Below are positions 59,976 to 64,000 of a DNA stretch of 64,000 nt, in pieces. The translations under genes and the position numbers were made by a program. The notes under the pieces were generated by a model. The model searched no databases and was not told the origin of the DNA. It saw nothing but the letters and a program-made list of their open reading frames with translations. Each line of letters starts with the position of its first letter. The first letter of the stretch is position 1. The stretch spans positions 4,685,863 through 4,749,862 of the forward strand of contig CAJINV010000003.1 in the NCBI GenBank assembly GCA_905178155.1, in the 5' to 3' direction. The DNA comes from Amoebophrya sp. A120 (taxonomy: Eukaryota; Protista; Dinoflagellata).

Positions 59976-62860
59976 TCAAGCGAGGAAAAACGACCGGGCA
60001 CTGAAGTACTCAAACCAAGGACGATCTTCAGTACTAGAAGGCAACCGAACGAAGTGCAAAGAACAGGTGAACAAGTCAACCTTACGGCACGAGGATGAGG
60101 ACGACCCCGTGGAGAATCGCGACGCTACGGCACGATGAAGACGACACCGCGGGGGATCGCGACTTGTGAAAAACAAGAAGGAACAGTTGAGAACAAAAAC
60201 CACCTCGCGAAGGAGCTCAAAGAATCCGCAAGCAGCCTGTTAAGGAGGGAAACGGCAAGAAGTGGTCGTAAGCAGTAGCTGGAAGAAGGACGAAACAAAA
60301 CACGTCACCGGCGAGAGAGCTGCAGTCAACGCAAAACACCTTCCGTGGGCAGAAATGGGCATGGGGAAGCTGTGTGGTGCCGACGGGCGTATTAGAAGAA
60401 CCGCTGGACATCGTGGCCGATTTTAGCATCACGACCACAGGGCCACCCAATCCACTTCCATGCGAGAAGGACAACTGCGTGAAAAACGAAATACTAGAGA
60501 GGAATACCTCTAGGGGAAGGCTTACCAGAAACAAGGAAATATCAAGAGACCTCGGCCACATCGCGACGAGACCTTGAGCGTAGCGGCCCATGCAATGAAA
60601 TTTCAAAACATGAAGAAATCGGGACTCATTCGACTGTTCTTGAACCAACTCTGAAATTCGTTTAAGCCATCATGAGATTGACAATCGCGGCACAAATTTT
60701 CGTAATGTGTCTGATGAAGATTTGAATAACCATTACCATGTGACAAGCACGCTCATTGTGTCTGACAAAAAGTCATCCTCGCCTTTCTGGACAAGGTTCC
60801 GGGCAGATACTTATTTAATATTAGACGATGACGATCTAATCTCTTTTTTACCTTCGCTCAGATGCGCGTCGCGCCTGCACATATACATCGATCAATTCTT
60901 TCACTTCAGATCCGATGCTACTCAGGATAATAATAAACCTTCATCTATCGAAAAATATTACTTATCGATCTTCGAAAGAACAAATGATAGAAATAATTTC
61001 TCGAATCAATATGGTTACTCCGAAAGCGGGGGTCGTAAAGTCGATGGTGCAGAACTTCGCTATTTGTAGTTCAAAAGTTTCAGAACAACAAAAAACGCAA
61101 GAGGGTTTTTCTGTGTCCCAGGTACAGATTATCGTGGTGGCGTCGCGCGTGGCTCCACCTCCTGTGATGCATCAGCTTCGCAGGAGCGCCCGGCTTAGCG
61201 CCATGTATGGTGCGTAGCGCATCATCTGAAGGTTGAGGGAAGTCCTAGTGTCTCTCAGGAAAAGTATTGCAAAGTGCGGGCACTGTAGCAAAAGTTTGAA
61301 CATGATGTGGCCAGGTGTGGTCTTCTATATGCTTACGAAGCAGGAACAGCTCGCCCTGGGCGAGCGCTTCCGAGTTGTAGTAGGAATCCCGTCGGGTAGA
61401 CAGGTCGGCTCTGCCCCAGCAAGTAGCTGGAAACCTTCGGGCAAACAGACGGGCCTCTTGCGTTTGCGTTTTTCGCATCTAGTTTATTTTAGAATTGAAG
61501 TAGCAGGTGGAAGTCACATCCGCCTGACGATGATGCTATTGAGGGCTGCTCTCTTTTTTGTTTCTCCTTCTCGAGATAAAAAAACGATAACGAACGTGAC
61601 AAGCTTACTCCCTCGCTTTGTGGCGCGAATTACATACCGGGCTCTCCCGTTTATTCTGTTGATTCTTGCACACGCCAACCTATGAGTATGAAAATCAAAA
61701 ATAATCCGAGCGCCGTCGCCCAGCAGGAATTTCGGGAGGGCGGTGTGTGGGAGCTTGTTCTCCATGCGTTGGGTTCGTTGGATGGCAGTGCTGGCAAACC
61801 GTGCCACTGAGGATTCAATCAACATGCAGAACATGGCCTGGGAAGGAGCTGCGTTGGAGCGGGAGAAAAGGTCACATTTATTTTTCACCATGGCATGTGA
61901 AGCGCAGCTTTTTCGCAATAGATAGGAGCTTTTTGTTAGCTTTTGCATCTCGCGATGAATAGGAAATATGCTGGCATCGATCATTTGCATTTTTATCGTC
62001 CCCGCCCGCGAGTTTGTGTCTTTCTTTTCAATTTCATTTTGAGCTCGCGAGCGCATGTGCGAGCGCTTTAGTTTTTGGCTGTTCGAATCCTAACTCAAAC
62101 TCAACTGCTCGAGGTATGCCGTTTTCGTCGCCGTGTGCTGGAGCCGGCCTATCAGCGCAATTCCAAATAGCCCGGCCGACCTTTGGGACGAGCGCGAAGG
62201 TGGCAGTACAGCTTCTGTCTCTCTGGGGTGAAAACTGCATTGCTCTCTGGGGAGCGAAAGGAGGCGCATTGCTGCGCAAACACGGACTGCAAGGAGGGGC
62301 AGCGCAGGTTGTCGGCGACGGAGTTGGGCTTGGGGCACACCAAAGACTTCTACGTCGGCGCTAGAAGTTTTGGCATGGCCACTGCGACGGGGGCTGCACG
62401 GTCGGCGCTTTTTGTCGGTGGAGCACGAGCGGCTGCGGCACTTCCCATGCCATGTGTTTCCGGTGGATGAAAGCCCGATGCTCGCGAAGTCATGAGGAGC
62501 GGGTACCAATAAGCCGAGGGCCAACATCAAGATCGAGAACAACTTGACACGGCAGCTGCGCGCGAGGACAGGCATTGGAATAACGGGGCGGAAGTCGCTG
62601 CGCGTCCGTTTGAAGGCGGGACGCTTTCGGGATGGCCGCGCGGACAATTATTGCAGCCGGAGGCCGCAACGCGGCATTTTTTGGAAAAGTCAAGTGGGCT
62701 CGTGCTGCGGATTTGTCTTGCGTGGCAACCAAGCAGGACCACGGGGCTGCAGCAAGAGCAAGCTAGGAACTACAAGTAGCAGTGCGAAGATGGATTAACA
62801 TGCAAAGAGCATGAAACTGAGGGTGACCACGCCCGCAATTTCTGAATAGCGGAGCACTCA

Positions 62861-62920
62861 GACTCGTGCGCGATGTTACCTGGACTCGTGGTCGTGCGCG
62901 ATGTTACCTAGCTTACCTAG
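62861..62920. repeat. Short direct repeat tcgtgcgcgatgttacct, two copies
   Basis: Copies near 62864-62881 and 62892-62909, followed by ttacctag. Confidence 0.75.
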
Positions 62921-63619
62921 AAAATTACGCGACAAAATTTCTCGGCTCTGAGTCTGCGCACGATCGAATGAGCTGAGGAGAAGAGCCTCGAGCTTGATTG
63001 GTAAGTATCAAAGGCTCTGCAGGTCGTGGCTCTTGATTTTCACTTATAGTTATAGCGATAGACATACGCGAGCTTCGTTGATCAAGAAGTTGAAGGAAAA
63101 AACAGGAAGCAGGCGACAAAGTGTTTACTTGCGCAAACGCAGTGCGTTCTTTCGCGCCTTGTCTCGGAAGCGTGGCGTGATCGATGTTCCCATCGTCGTC
63201 CTGTGTTGTTCGCGTCCACCGAGGCTCCGTACGACCGCGCTGTTGTTTGGTGACGAGGCTGAAAGTCATAACACGAGAACTGTCTCTTTGGCACGGAAAC
63301 GGAAGAGCAAACAAGATCCAATGTCTGGCCACGTTTGGGCACGAGTGCGCCCGTGTGCGAGTTCGCGTGGCGCGCTCGGTTTTAGCATGATCCGCCGTGC
63401 ACTTAAGCGGCTGGTTGGTAGACCGTGCCTCTTTGATGAAGTGGCTTCTTTGCGAGTCGAAGCCTAAATTTAAACGCAAACGCATTCGCTATCGATAGAT
63501 TGGATTTTAGTTTACAGTGCCAAGCTGATGCCTATATAAAGCACGATGTCTTTATTTGTACTCGAGCCCTGTTTCCCTGGATTCCTAGGCTTTTACTTCT
63601 AGCTCTGAAATTAGTACTA

Positions 63620-64000
63620 GATGGCCAAAGTCTAAGTCAAAAGACAAAATCGAAAGCGCCACTCTGGCTATTCGGCTCCGCGAACGTCTCAGGGAAGGTT
63701 TTCCTCGCCCCCGCAGCTTCCTCCGCAACGAAGCCGGAGTCACGAAGCACCTCTTCAACATTCTTGGCGCGACATCAAACGAAGGGGCCGTCGGCAGCAA
63801 AACTAACCCGCCCCCCGAACCCGACCGGGTCGTCGTCGTGGCAGCCGCCCGTAGAACGAAGGCAACTCGCCATCGAGAAGAAGGGTCCGCGTGTTGCGTC
63901 GTTGCGCATACGACCCACGGCCCCAGGTGCAGCAAGCACACGCGGCGAAATGGCGCAAGCAGCGGGGGAGGCCCTGAACGTCTTTTGGGCACCCAGAGGA
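63620..64000 (+). CDS. Probable exon of a gene running off the window end
   Basis: Open frame with GC-rich third positions (KAPLWLFGSANVSGKVF...GEALNVFWAPRG). Start not identified. Confidence 0.35.

Noticed and set aside
1-64000. Autonomous transposase or reverse transcriptase, rRNA, tRNA, snRNA, telomeric repeats
   Set aside because: No recognisable motifs by eye. Small RNAs cannot be excluded without Infernal or tRNAscan.

Overview
Gene-dense eukaryotic (protist) genomic DNA with about 16-18 protein-coding genes, all on the + strand, standard genetic code, high GC at third codon positions in conserved domains and long low-complexity insertions. This style points to a syndinian dinoflagellate-like alveolate such as Amoebophrya (inference, not verified). 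Recognisable genes: glutathionyl-hydroquinone reductase (3' end), ferroportin, TMEM234, an ERGIC3-like protein, an Atg22-like MFS transporter, a KH-domain protein, a very-long-chain 3-ketoacyl-CoA reductase, an OSCA/TMEM63 channel, XRN1, a large PAN/apple-domain protein, and a 9-exon TET/JBP-like 2OG-Fe(II) dioxygenase that the ORF track misses. The main signal is about 19 introns that lack GT-AG ends. Each is a MITE-like element with terminal inverted repeats (mostly TAT...ATA) and a 5-nt target-site duplication, often decayed. One fixed geometry (cut 1 nt before the stem, resume 4 nt after it) restores the reading frame at nearly all of them and rebuilds conserved motifs in XRN1, ferroportin, Atg22, ERGIC, the GST and a PAN domain. 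Older copies have repeatedly gained G at +1 (GT donor) without gaining an AG acceptor. Introner-like non-canonical introns are already known from Amoebophrya, so the class is not new; the exact rule and the one-sided GT gain were read by eye here and need RNA-seq. No rRNA, tRNA, CRISPR array or transposase was found.
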